A DNA stretch of 64,000 bases from an uncultured Candidatus Binatia bacterium. GTDB taxonomy: Bacteria; Desulfobacterota; Binatia; Bin18. Positions 44,731 to 53,671 of this stretch are shown here, in pieces. Position 1 is the first letter of the stretch; each line of letters begins with the position of its first letter. The stretch spans positions 2,334,413 through 2,398,412 of the forward strand of contig OZ241332.1 of assembly GCA_965200125.1 (NCBI GenBank), read 5' to 3'. A model generated the notes under the pieces. The model had not been told where the DNA came from. It was given only the letters and a program-made list of their open reading frames with translations, and did not search any database. The position numbers were made by a program, and so were the translations under genes.

Positions 44731-44825
44731 CTACGTATGAATGGATTGGATTAACTTGCGCCCTAGTCTTATACACCAGCATCGTCGTCCTCTTCTGGAA
44801 AATCTCCCATGAGGAGCGCGACTGA
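44727..44825 (+). CDS. Small single-TM protein (32 aa). It is not in the ORF track.
   Basis: My translation is MTTYEWIGLTCALVLYTSIVVLFWKISHEERD*. A strong Shine-Dalgarno sequence aggagg (44714-44719) lies 7 nt upstream. The ATG overlaps the previous stop (ATGA). Confidence 0.4.
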   Translation: MTTYEWIGLTCALVLYTSIVVLFWKISHEERD

Positions 44826-44940
44826 GGCTGGCGGCGAAGAGAAGAAACAATGAATTTTGAAAACTGGCTGCAAAACGACTGTGATCCGGAAGTCCCCGAA
44901 CTGTTCAGAGAGGCGGACAACGGGGAATCGCCACGTTCAC

Positions 44941-45801
44941 CTAACTGAACAACACTTTCGCCAACTCGGAGCGGAACCGCTCCGCCAAGTCGCTGCGCGA
45001 ACCGACGACCTCGAAAATTTCCAGCATGGCCTTGCGCGCGCCGTCGTCCCGAAACGCGCGGTCCTTCTTCACGATATCCAGATACTCGGCGAGCGCCTCG
45101 TCGTAGCGCGTTGAAGAAGCGAGAATCTGCGCCAACTCGAAACGGGCGTCCATGTCGTCCGGATTTACTTCGAGCTTCTGACGGTACGCGGCCTCGTCGT
45201 CCGCGTTGGCGCCGGACTGTTGGACACGAATCTCGGCGGCCACGCGCTGCGCCTCGTCGTATTCGCGGGCGGTGGGTGATACGCGGTCGAGTAAGCCGAG
45301 CGCGTCGCTGTGTTCCTCTTTATCCACCAACAGCCGCGCCAAACCTAACAATGCTTTCGATTGTCGTGCGTCTTTGGAGAGTGCGGCACGGTACAGACTC
45401 TCGGCTCCCTGCGCCTTCCCCGCCTCATGCAGGTCGGCGCCCCGGGTGGCGAGGGTGTCGGCCTCGGACGGCAGCAAGCCGTCGATGAATTCCCGAATCG
45501 CCGGCTCGGGCAGCGCGCCCAGAAACTCGTTCGCTATCTGACCTTCCTTCACCGCCTTGACCGCGGGGATGCTGCTGATCTGAAACGACTGCGCCAAGCC
45601 GGGGTTTTCATCGACGTTGACCTTGGCGAGCACGAACTTGCCGTCTTTTTCGTCCGCCAGCTTTTCCAATACGGGCCCGATCGCCCGGCACGGTCCGCAC
45701 CAGGGCGCCCAGAAATCGAGCACCACCGGCACGTCGTAGGAACGCTCCATCACGCCCTGCTCGAAGTCCTTTTCCTGCAAGTCCACGGTCCATTCGCCCA
45801 T
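44941..45801 (-). CDS. Thioredoxin domain plus TPR co-chaperone (YbbN/CnoX-like).
   Basis: DFWAPWCGPC is followed by a TPR-like helical C-terminal half. Confidence 0.85.
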   Translation of the reverse strand: MGEWTVDLQEKDFEQGVMERSYDVPVVLDFWAPWCGPCRAIGPVLEKLADEKDGKFVLAKVNVDENPGLAQSFQISSIPAVKAVKEGQIANEFLGALPEPAIREFIDGLLPSEADTLATRGADLHEAGKAQGAESLYRAALSKDARQSKALLGLARLLVDKEEHSDALGLLDRVSPTAREYDEAQRVAAEIRVQQSGANADDEAAYRQKLEVNPDDMDARFELAQILASSTRYDEALAEYLDIVKKDRAFRDDGARKAMLEIFEVVGSRSDLAERFRSELAKVLFS

Positions 45802-46017
45802 GTAACGTCCCCCTCGTCTGCAATCAGCCGGACGGCTGAATCGGTCTTTCGGCGGGCGGAGTCCAAGCCACCCGGAACGGCGCGGACTCTACCACACGCC
45901 GAGGGCGGCTTCCATCTTGCGGGGCTCCGGCAAATCTGAAAGAGGGAGGGCCGTTTCCGAGCCTCGCTCCCGGAGGGACCGCCGAAGTCGGCGGAAGCGG
46001 AGCGTAAGGAGTACCAC

Positions 46018-47421
46018 GTGACAGCCAGGACTATGTTCGAGAAGATCTGGGATTCGCACGTCGTGCGGACCGAGGAAGACGGCACCACCCTCTTGTACGT
46101 GGACCGTCACCTCACTCACGAAGTCACCTCGCCACAGGCGTTCGAGGGCCTGCAACTGGCCGGGCGCCCGGTGCGGCGCACTCCGGCGACCATCGCTGTG
46201 CCCGATCACAACGTTCCCACCACCGACCGTAGCCGGCCGATTGATGACGCCGTCGCCGCCAGACAGATCGCGGCGCTCCAGGACAACTGTCGCGCGACCG
46301 GTATCCAGATTTTCGACATGGGCGACGTCCGGCAGGGCATCGTTCACGTGATCGGCCCGGAACAAGGGCTGACGCTGCCCGGCATGGTCATCGTCTGCGG
46401 AGACTCCCATACCGCCACGCACGGCGCGTTCGGCGCGCTGGCATTCGGCATCGGCACCAGCGAGGTGGAACATGTCCTGGCCTCGCAATGCCTGCTGCAG
46501 AAAAAGGCGAAGACCATGCAGGTGCGCGTGGACGGCAATCTGCCCGCGGGCTGTTCGGCCAAGGACGTCATCCTGGCCATCATCGGCACCATCGGCACCG
46601 CGGGTGGCACCGGTCACGTGATCGAGTACACCGGCGCGGCCATTCGGGCACTATCCATGGAAGGCCGCATGACGCTGTGCAACATGTCCATCGAAGGAGG
46701 GGCACGCGCCGGCATGGTGGCGCCGGACGATACGACCTTCGCTTATCTGAAAGGCCGGCCGTTCGCGCCCGAGGGCGAGATGTTCGAGCGGGCGGTAGTG
46801 GCATGGCGGCAACTCCCGTCCGACCCGGACGCGGTGTTCGATAAGACCGTCGAGTTGCGCGCAGACGACATCGCTCCGCAAGTCACCTGGGGCACCAATC
46901 CGGGCATGGTCACGGACGTCACCGGCAGGGTCCCCGACCCTGTGGACATCCCCTCGTCCGAGACGCGCGAGGCGACCGAGCGCGCGCTGGCTTACATGGA
47001 CCTGACAGCCGGAATACCCATCACGGACATCCGGCTCGACCGCGTCTTCATCGGCTCGTGCACCAACTCGCGCATCGAAGATCTGCGCATCGCCGCCCAC
47101 ATCGCCGAAGGCAAGAAGATCGCTGACAGTGTGCACGCGATGGTCGTGCCCGGATCCGGCTTGGTGAAGGAACAGGCCGAGCAGGAAGGGCTGGACCGCG
47201 TTTTCAAGAGCGCCGGCTTCGAGTGGCGCGAGGCAGGCTGCTCCATGTGCATCGCCATGAACGCGGACGCGCTACGGCCCGGCGAGCGGTGCGCATCCAC
47301 CAGCAACCGCAACTTCGAAGGCCGGCAGGGCAAGGGCGGACGGACGCATCTGGTCTCGCCGGCTATGGCCGCCGCGGCGGCGATCGCCGGTCATTTCGTC
47401 GATATCCGGGACTGGGTCTGA
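46018..47421 (+). CDS. leuC: 3-isopropylmalate dehydratase, large subunit.
   Basis: GTG 46018 lies 6 nt after aaggag. Motifs are [34 protein letters not shown] and [11 protein letters not shown]. Confidence 0.95.
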   Translation: MTARTMFEKIWDSHVVRTEEDGTTLLYVDRHLTHEVTSPQAFEGLQLAGRPVRRTPATIAVPDHNVPTTDRSRPIDDAVAARQIAALQDNCRATGIQIFDMGDVRQGIVHVIGPEQGLTLPGMVIVCGDSHTATHGAFGALAFGIGTSEVEHVLASQCLLQKKAKTMQVRVDGNLPAGCSAKDVILAIIGTIGTAGGTGHVIEYTGAAIRALSMEGRMTLCNMSIEGGARAGMVAPDDTTFAYLKGRPFAPEGEMFERAVVAWRQLPSDPDAVFDKTVELRADDIAPQVTWGTNPGMVTDVTGRVPDPVDIPSSETREATERALAYMDLTAGIPITDIRLDRVFIGSCTNSRIEDLRIAAHIAEGKKIADSVHAMVVPGSGLVKEQAEQEGLDRVFKSAGFEWREAGCSMCIAMNADALRPGERCASTSNRNFEGRQGKGGRTHLVSPAMAAAAAIAGHFVDIRDWV

Positions 47422-47501
47422 GCGGCAGCGCGGAGGCCACGCCCACGGCTGGATTGCAGGGAACGAAAACCGTAGAAAGCGCACGAAGAAAGCACGGCAT
47501 C

Positions 47502-48122
47502 ATGGAAGCGTTTACCGTATTGCACGGCAAGGCGGCCCCGCTCGACCGGGTGAACGTCGACACCGACCAGATCATTCCCAAGCAATACCTCAAAACCATC
47601 AAGCGGACGGGCCTGCGCGAAGGCTTGTTTACGGACTGGCGCTATACGAGCGACGGCAGTCCGGTAGAGGGCTTCGTCCTGAACCAGCCGCGCTACGACG
47701 GCGCCAGCATCCTTCTGGCCCGTGACAACTTCGGGTGCGGTTCGTCGCGCGAACATGCTCCGTGGGCGCTGCTGGACTACGGGTTCCGCTGCATCATCGC
47801 GCCGAGCTTTGCCGACATCTTCTTCAACAACTGTTTCAAGAACGGGATGCTACCGGTCGTCTTGCAGAACGCGGAGGTCGATCGGTTGTTCCAGGAAGTC
47901 GAGACGCAGCCGGGCTACCGCCTGACGGTCGATCTGGCCGCCCAGACGGTCGCGACCCCGAGCGGCGCGACCTTTCGATTCCCGGTCGATCCGTTCCGCA
48001 AGGACTGCCTGCTCAACGGCCTGGACGAAATCGGCCTGACCTTGCAACACGCGGCGGACATCGACGCCTACGAACAACGCCGGAAACGCGAGGCACCCTG
48101 GCTGTTCCCGGACTTGGCGTAG
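47502..48122 (+). CDS. leuD: 3-isopropylmalate dehydratase, small subunit.
   Basis: Internal ATG 47502. [18 protein letters not shown] and [15 protein letters not shown] are present. Confidence 0.95.
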   Translation: MEAFTVLHGKAAPLDRVNVDTDQIIPKQYLKTIKRTGLREGLFTDWRYTSDGSPVEGFVLNQPRYDGASILLARDNFGCGSSREHAPWALLDYGFRCIIAPSFADIFFNNCFKNGMLPVVLQNAEVDRLFQEVETQPGYRLTVDLAAQTVATPSGATFRFPVDPFRKDCLLNGLDEIGLTLQHAADIDAYEQRRKREAPWLFPDLA

Positions 48123-48325
48123 CCCCGCGCTCGCTGCACGTCGGCAAGCGAGCCGCGCCCGCCCAATGGAAGGGGAATTAGAGGTAAGACGGTCCTAAAA
48201 TTCTCCCCAGCGTACATCCTGAGCCCTCCGCAAAAACCCTTCGACAAGCTCAGGGTCCAGCCCGTTGAGCTTGTCGAAACGGGCGCAGGGTCACCTCGCA
48301 TATAATTCTCAATTGAAGCCCCGGC

Positions 48326-48640
48326 ATGTCCACCTATTCCCTCACCACCGAAGAAGCCGCCCTGCTGCAACGCGCGGCCGGCATGGCCGGCGACCGGCTG
48401 GCCCGGCAGGAGAACGACGCCGGGGTGCGATCCATGGAAGCCTTGATCGCGCAACTCCGGACGGAGCGGCCGCCCGCAATCGAACTGAATCTGCTCCAAC
48501 GAGAAGTGCTGGGCAAGATGCTGATGAACCTGTCGTTCGATCTGCTGCGCGCAGATGATGACGGCACCGCGGAACTGGCCGAGGCCCTGGCCGAACGCCT
48601 GTTCCAGGAAGAGCAAGACGAGACGGGAGCACACATATGA
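48326..48640 (+). CDS. Hypothetical acidic helical protein (104 aa).
   Basis: Its stop overlaps the next ATG (ATGA). I recognise no family. Confidence 0.5.
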   Translation: MSTYSLTTEEAALLQRAAGMAGDRLARQENDAGVRSMEALIAQLRTERPPAIELNLLQREVLGKMLMNLSFDLLRADDDGTAELAEALAERLFQEEQDETGAHI

Positions 48641-49473
48641 AGTACGGCGTCGTCATTCGCAACATGGGGCCGGCCGCCACTCGGGAAACGTTGGGCGCGT
48701 GTGCCAAGGCGGTCGAGGACGCCGGCTTCGACGCCGCGTTCGTGGTCGATCATCTGGCCATTCCGCCCGACCAGACCGAGGGATCGGGTGGCCGGTATTT
48801 CGAGCCGCTCACCACGCTGGCGTATTTCGCGGCCCTGACCCGCACCATTCGGCTGGGCATTTCCGTGCTGGTCTTTCCGTACCGGCCAGCCGTGTACCTG
48901 GCCAAACAGGTCGCCACCCTGCAAGAGTTGTCGGGCGGACGTCTGATCCTCGGCGCGGGCGTCGGTTGGCTGCGCCCGGAGTTCGAAGCCTTGGGCGTGG
49001 ACCCGCGCAAGCGGGGCGCGATCACGAACGAAACTCTCGCAGTCGTGCGCCAACTGTTCGACAACGACGTGAGTTCCTACGCCGGTCAGCACATCTCCTT
49101 CCCGGAATTCGTCTTCGCCCCGCGGCCGGCACGGCCGCCCATCTGGGTCGGCGGCGCCGGTCCCACCGCCATCGAGCGCACCCTCAAATACGGCGACGGC
49201 TACTATCCGATCGGGCTGCAATCGGGAGAGTTGGCGAAAATCGCCGCGCATCTCCGCGAAGCGTCGGCGGAACGTGGACGCTCCATGCCGGAGTTGATCG
49301 TGGGCGGCATGCTGCGCGAGGGCAGCCCCGAGCCGATGATCGACCGTATCTCGGCCATGCAGGAAGCCGGGGCGGATTACTACGTGTTAGGACTCGGGCG
49401 GTACAAGGACGCCGGCACTTTTCGGACAGGCATCGAGCGCTTCGCCGCGCAGGTCATCCCGAAAATCCCGTAG
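48637..49473 (+). CDS. LLM-class (probably F420-dependent) oxidoreductase.
   Basis: FDAAFVVDHL .. LGISVLVFPYRPAVYLAKQVATLQELSGGRLILGAGVGW. Confidence 0.8.
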   Translation: MKYGVVIRNMGPAATRETLGACAKAVEDAGFDAAFVVDHLAIPPDQTEGSGGRYFEPLTTLAYFAALTRTIRLGISVLVFPYRPAVYLAKQVATLQELSGGRLILGAGVGWLRPEFEALGVDPRKRGAITNETLAVVRQLFDNDVSSYAGQHISFPEFVFAPRPARPPIWVGGAGPTAIERTLKYGDGYYPIGLQSGELAKIAAHLREASAERGRSMPELIVGGMLREGSPEPMIDRISAMQEAGADYYVLGLGRYKDAGTFRTGIERFAAQVIPKIP

Positions 49474-49688
49474 CCTGCATCTTTGGGGTGTTACAGGGAA
49501 GATGATCCTGGACTTTTCCCCGACTGACTCTGCACTTGGTCAGAAACCTTTCGTCACCCTCAAGGCGACATGGGCTCAGGGGCCAGCCCGTTGAGCTTGT
49601 CGAAACGGGCGTGGGGCTACCTTGGTACGTAATCCCCATCCTTAACGCCGCAGGGCCGGACTGGCCTCCGCAAGTTAATGGAATGGAC

Positions 49689-50483
49689 CTATTCTGTCCT
49701 GTTGGCCGCGGCTAACAACCGGGCGGGAAAGTCGGACATGACGCCGTCGACGCCCAGGTCGAGCAGATGGCGCATTTCGTCCGGCTCGTTGATCGTCCAG
49801 ACGTGCATCTCGAGATCGAATCGGTGCGCCGCGGCAATCGTCGCTTCGGTGACCAACGGGATGCCTTCGTAATCGGGCGGGATCTGGACTGCTTGGCCGG
49901 GCGGTCGGTAATCGTCCAGCCGTCCGGCCGCGACGCGCTGAATGAAGTCGGCAGTCTCCTGATAGGCGAAGCTCGTCGCAACGTCCGGCGCCAGTTTCCG
50001 GGTGCGGGTGAGCACTGCGTCTTCTTTTGATGCCAGCACCACGTCACCGATCCGGCCGCAGGCGTTGACGACGGCAACCACCGCTTCTTCGATGGGCGGT
50101 TCGCTCTGTTTGATCTCGACCGTGAACCGCACCTGCGGGAAACCGGACAACACCTCTTCAAGGGACGGAATGACGACGTCCGAGGCACGGAACGGCTGCG
50201 TTCTTCCGCCGTCCGGCGAGAATCGGTAGCCGGCGTCGAGCTGTTGCAGTGCGGCCAACGAATACTCGCCGACCGGACCGAGACCATTCGTGGTTCGTTC
50301 GAGAGTCTCGTCGTGGATGACCACGACATGGCCGTCCTGGGCCGCGTGCACGTCGAGTTCGATGTAGTCGCAGCCCAGTTCCACCGCTCGCTCGAACGCA
50401 GCCATCGTATTTTCGGGCCGCTCGCCGCTGGCCCCGCGGTGGGCGAACAGCCGCGGCTTCGGGCCATCGAAGAATCGAGTCAT
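49689..50483 (-). CDS. Glycerophosphodiester phosphodiesterase.
   Basis: AHRGASGERPENT, ELDVH, and HVWTIN near the C-terminus. Confidence 0.9.
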   Translation of the reverse strand: MTRFFDGPKPRLFAHRGASGERPENTMAAFERAVELGCDYIELDVHAAQDGHVVVIHDETLERTTNGLGPVGEYSLAALQQLDAGYRFSPDGGRTQPFRASDVVIPSLEEVLSGFPQVRFTVEIKQSEPPIEEAVVAVVNACGRIGDVVLASKEDAVLTRTRKLAPDVATSFAYQETADFIQRVAAGRLDDYRPPGQAVQIPPDYEGIPLVTEATIAAAHRFDLEMHVWTINEPDEMRHLLDLGVDGVMSDFPARLLAAANRTE

Positions 50484-50498
50484 GGAAACAGCGTTTCG

Positions 50499-50843
50499 TC
50501 AACGTGCAATCCCGGAACGAAGGATTGCGATGAGAGCCTCAACGATCTGCGTCAGTGGCGCTTTCTTCAACGATCCGATTTCGGTCACCATCAACTCCTG
50601 GTTCGCAGTGAAAAGCTTTCCAGGACGAGCGTAACTGGTTACCCGCAACGAGCCAATTGAGAAACTACTAGATGTAAGCGTAACGGCGTGGGCGTCTCTG
50701 TAGGGCTTGCTCGTGACTTGGCACAGGATCCAGTCACCCTGCCCAACCTCGGCCAAGATGACGGCAGGGCGCAACTTCGTCTGCGACAGGTCAGAGAAAG
50801 GGAACCTGACAGACACTACCGCTCCGGTTGCAGGTACGACCAC
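50499..50843 (-). CDS. PemK/MazF-family toxin (mRNA interferase fold).
   Basis: GAVVSVRFPFSDLSQTKLRPAVIL .. CQVTSKPY .. SYARPGKLFTAN. Confidence 0.85.
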   Translation of the reverse strand: MVVPATGAVVSVRFPFSDLSQTKLRPAVILAEVGQGDWILCQVTSKPYRDAHAVTLTSSSFSIGSLRVTSYARPGKLFTANQELMVTEIGSLKKAPLTQIVEALIAILRSGIAR

Positions 50844-51220
50844 GCCTCATCCTCCGCCGGCCTATCCCAGTCCTTTGCAAGCGCCGGTTCACTAAGTAAA
50901 GCGGCTTCGGACGCCCCGACCTGCTGGACGGTTTCCTGTTTCGACTCCGTGAGCCGGCCAGTTACGAATTTGTGTAACGTGCTGGATATGAGGGTTTGGT
51001 AGGGCATACCCTCCGCGGCTGCCCGTTTCCGAATCCGCTCCAGGTCTCGGTCCGAGATGCGGATGTTGATCCGTTTTTCCTTCTGAAGCATCCTTCGAGC
51101 GGCATCCTCCATCTGGCGTTTCTCCTGCCTGAAGTTTCTCAGGCTCTCGAACTCTCCGCGCTCGAAATCCTGCAGAATCCGACGCTCCTCCTCGTCCAGA
51201 TGGGGTTGTTGCGTATTCAT
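50816..51220 (-). CDS. BrnA-type RHH antitoxin carrying a C-terminal extension that resembles MazF/PemK-partner antitoxin tails.
   Basis: Internal ATG 51220 overlaps the brnT stop (ATGA). The RHH part is KRINIRISDRDLERIRKRAAAEGMPYQTLISSTLHKFVTGRL. It is followed by ..ASEAALLSEPALAKDWDRPAEDEAWSYLQPER. The 3' end overlaps mazF by 28 nt. Confidence 0.8.
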   Translation of the reverse strand: MNTQQPHLDEEERRILQDFERGEFESLRNFRQEKRQMEDAARRMLQKEKRINIRISDRDLERIRKRAAAEGMPYQTLISSTLHKFVTGRLTESKQETVQQVGASEAALLSEPALAKDWDRPAEDEAWSYLQPER

Positions 51221-51525
51221 TTCAGGTACTCCTTGGTTGCCTTGCGGCTGGGAATGATGGTTTTCAGGAACCGTGTGCCCCGCTCTTTCACGTACGGCAC
51301 CAGATACGCATAACCGTCCATCTCGATTATGAGAATATGTTGCCCAGGATACCGCTCTGCATTCGGGTGTCTGACGATGTCCAATACGTCTCCATTCTCG
51401 ATGTAGAAGACGACGTCCTCGAAGCCAACGCCTCGCGTTCTTTGTAACAATGCGTTCTTCTCGTCGTCCCAATCGAACCCGCTCACGTCGGTGAATATTC
51501 CGAAATGTGTGCCTATTGTCAACAC
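51217..51525 (-). CDS. BrnT-family (DUF497/COG2929) toxin.
   Basis: FDWDDEKNALLQRTRGVGFEDVVF .. FLKTIIPSRKATKEYL. Confidence 0.8.
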   Translation of the reverse strand: MLTIGTHFGIFTDVSGFDWDDEKNALLQRTRGVGFEDVVFYIENGDVLDIVRHPNAERYPGQHILIIEMDGYAYLVPYVKERGTRFLKTIIPSRKATKEYLK

Positions 51526-51609
51526 CCGAAAATCGCCGCCTACATCGGACGGCCGCCCCGTAGTCGATCCGTTGACACCGCCCGCGCATCCCGGTTAGGC
51601 GGGGGAGCC

Positions 51610-52713
51610 ATGCAGGCACTGGTCGTCGGCGGCACCGGTCCGACCGGGCCGTTCATCGTGAACGGGCTGATCGCGCGCGGCTACGAGGTGACGATCTTCC
51701 ACCGCGGGACGCACGAGATTCCCGAGATTCCGCCCGAAGTCGAACACATCCACGGCGACCCGCATTTTCGGGAGACCATAGACGCGGCGCTCGCCGGGCG
51801 GACGTTCGATCTGGCGGTCGTCACCTACGGACGCATTCGTTTCGTGGCCGAGGCGCTCGTCGGCAAGGTCGGCCGCTTCGTCGGCGTGGGCGGCGTGGCG
51901 AGTTATCGGGGCTACATGAACCCGTACGCCGTCTTCCCGACCGGCCTGAAGCTGGGGGTGTCCGAGGACGCGCCGGTCGTCGAGAGCGAAGAAGAACTCC
52001 GCTTCGCCTGGCTCATCGCGCAGACCGAGCAGGCCGTCATGGACCACCACCCGACCGCGGCCTATTTCCGCTACCCCTACGTGTACGGGCCGTACCAACT
52101 GGTGCCGCGCGAATGGTCCGTGATCCGGCGGATTCTCGACAAGCGGCCACACATCATCGTGGCCGACGGCGGCTTGACGTTGTTCACCCACGGTTATGCC
52201 GAAAATCTGGCGCACGCCGTCCTGCTGGCAGTGGACCAGCCGGAAGCCTCGGCCGGCCAACTCTACAACTGCGGCGACGAAAGCCAGTTGACCCTGCACC
52301 AAGTCATCGAGATCATCGGTCGCACCATGCGGCACGACTGGGAAATCGTCAGCATGCCCAACGCGCTGGCGCGACCCGCGCGGCCATATACCATGCAGGA
52401 AACCTCCCATCACCGCGTGGTCGATCTCGCCAAGATCAAACGCCAACTCGGCTACGCCGATGTCTGTCCGGTCGAACGCGCGTTGGAGAAGACGGTCGCC
52501 TGGTATCTGGAACACCGGCCCGAGCCGGGCGGAGAAATCGAAACGCGCCTGCAAGACCCGTTCGACTATGCCGCGGAAGACCGGCTGATCGCGGCTTACA
52601 AAGACGGCATGCGGCGGGTGGCCGAGATTCCGTTCGACGTCCAGACCGACCGACCGCACCCGTACGCCCATCCGAAACAGCCCGGTCGGGAACGCGACCA
52701 CCGCGCTCGCTGA
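51610..52713 (+). CDS. NAD-dependent epimerase/dehydratase-family protein.
   Basis: Internal ATG 51610. ALVVGGTGPTGPFIV is the Rossmann GxxGxxG motif. Confidence 0.8.
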   Translation: MQALVVGGTGPTGPFIVNGLIARGYEVTIFHRGTHEIPEIPPEVEHIHGDPHFRETIDAALAGRTFDLAVVTYGRIRFVAEALVGKVGRFVGVGGVASYRGYMNPYAVFPTGLKLGVSEDAPVVESEEELRFAWLIAQTEQAVMDHHPTAAYFRYPYVYGPYQLVPREWSVIRRILDKRPHIIVADGGLTLFTHGYAENLAHAVLLAVDQPEASAGQLYNCGDESQLTLHQVIEIIGRTMRHDWEIVSMPNALARPARPYTMQETSHHRVVDLAKIKRQLGYADVCPVERALEKTVAWYLEHRPEPGGEIETRLQDPFDYAAEDRLIAAYKDGMRRVAEIPFDVQTDRPHPYAHPKQPGRERDHRAR

Positions 52714-52750
52714 CCGCCCGGATCCGAACGTTATGGATGAAGAAAGAGCA

Positions 52751-53590
52751 ATGGCCGCCCGCCTCCTGATCTGGAAGACCGGCAACCTGCCGCGGCGCAT
52801 GATTGCGCGGTTCGGGGACGTCGAGCAGGCGTTTCTGCACGTGCTGGGGGCCGGGCGCTGCGTCGTGGCCGATGCGCGGTCCGATCCGCCGCCCGAGACC
52901 GACTGGGCGGGCATCGTCGTGACCGGTTCCGCGGCCTCGGCCAACGATACGGACGCCTGGGTGACGCGCAGCGCGGATTTCCTCAAACGCGCCGCGGACG
53001 CCGGGGTGCCGTTGTACGGCGTCTGTTTCGGCCACCAGCATCTGGCGCGCACGTTCGGCGGGCAGGTGGAAAAGAGCCCGGCCGGCTGGGAACTCGGCAC
53101 GGGCGGCGTGACCCTGACCGAGGAAGGCCGGCGCGATCCGTTGTTCGCGGACGTTCCCGACACGTTCCCGGCGCAACAGAGCCACGGAGAAATCGTCGTC
53201 GAACTCCCGCCCGGGGCACGGACGTTGGCGCACAACCCCCACACCGCCTGCCAAGCATTCGCCCTGGGCGATGCGATCTGGGGTACGCAGTTCCACCCCG
53301 AATTCACGTCCGAGGTCGTGCACGCCTTGATCGGTCTGCTGGCGGACAGACTCCCGGCCGGCTCCTTTCCGACGTGGCCGGCCGACGATCAGCCGCTCCG
53401 GGATTGGCTCGCCAGAAGTGTCCAAGCCACGCCTGCGGCGCGGCGCTGTCTGGACAACTTCGCGGCGATTGTTCGGGAACGTGGACGCGCAGAAAGCTCG
53501 GATGATCGTGTTGACAATGGGCGACTGCTTCGCATAGAAACCCCTCAAGCTCAAAGGCGGCCCGTCGCCGGAAGGGATTTTCCATGCTGA
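52751..53590 (+). CDS. Class I glutamine amidotransferase-like protein.
   Basis: PLYGVCFGHQHLA carries the nucleophile-elbow Cys, and GTQFHPE is present. The start may be 52733 or 52751. Confidence 0.8.
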   Translation: MAARLLIWKTGNLPRRMIARFGDVEQAFLHVLGAGRCVVADARSDPPPETDWAGIVVTGSAASANDTDAWVTRSADFLKRAADAGVPLYGVCFGHQHLARTFGGQVEKSPAGWELGTGGVTLTEEGRRDPLFADVPDTFPAQQSHGEIVVELPPGARTLAHNPHTACQAFALGDAIWGTQFHPEFTSEVVHALIGLLADRLPAGSFPTWPADDQPLRDWLARSVQATPAARRCLDNFAAIVRERGRAESSDDRVDNGRLLRIETPQAQRRPVAGRDFPC

Positions 53591-53671
53591 CTCGTCATTT
53601 GATTTCCGTTGCATCCGGTCGTTCCGAAACGAATAGCCCCCCCCCTCCCCCGCGGAATTGAGACGTCAGCG

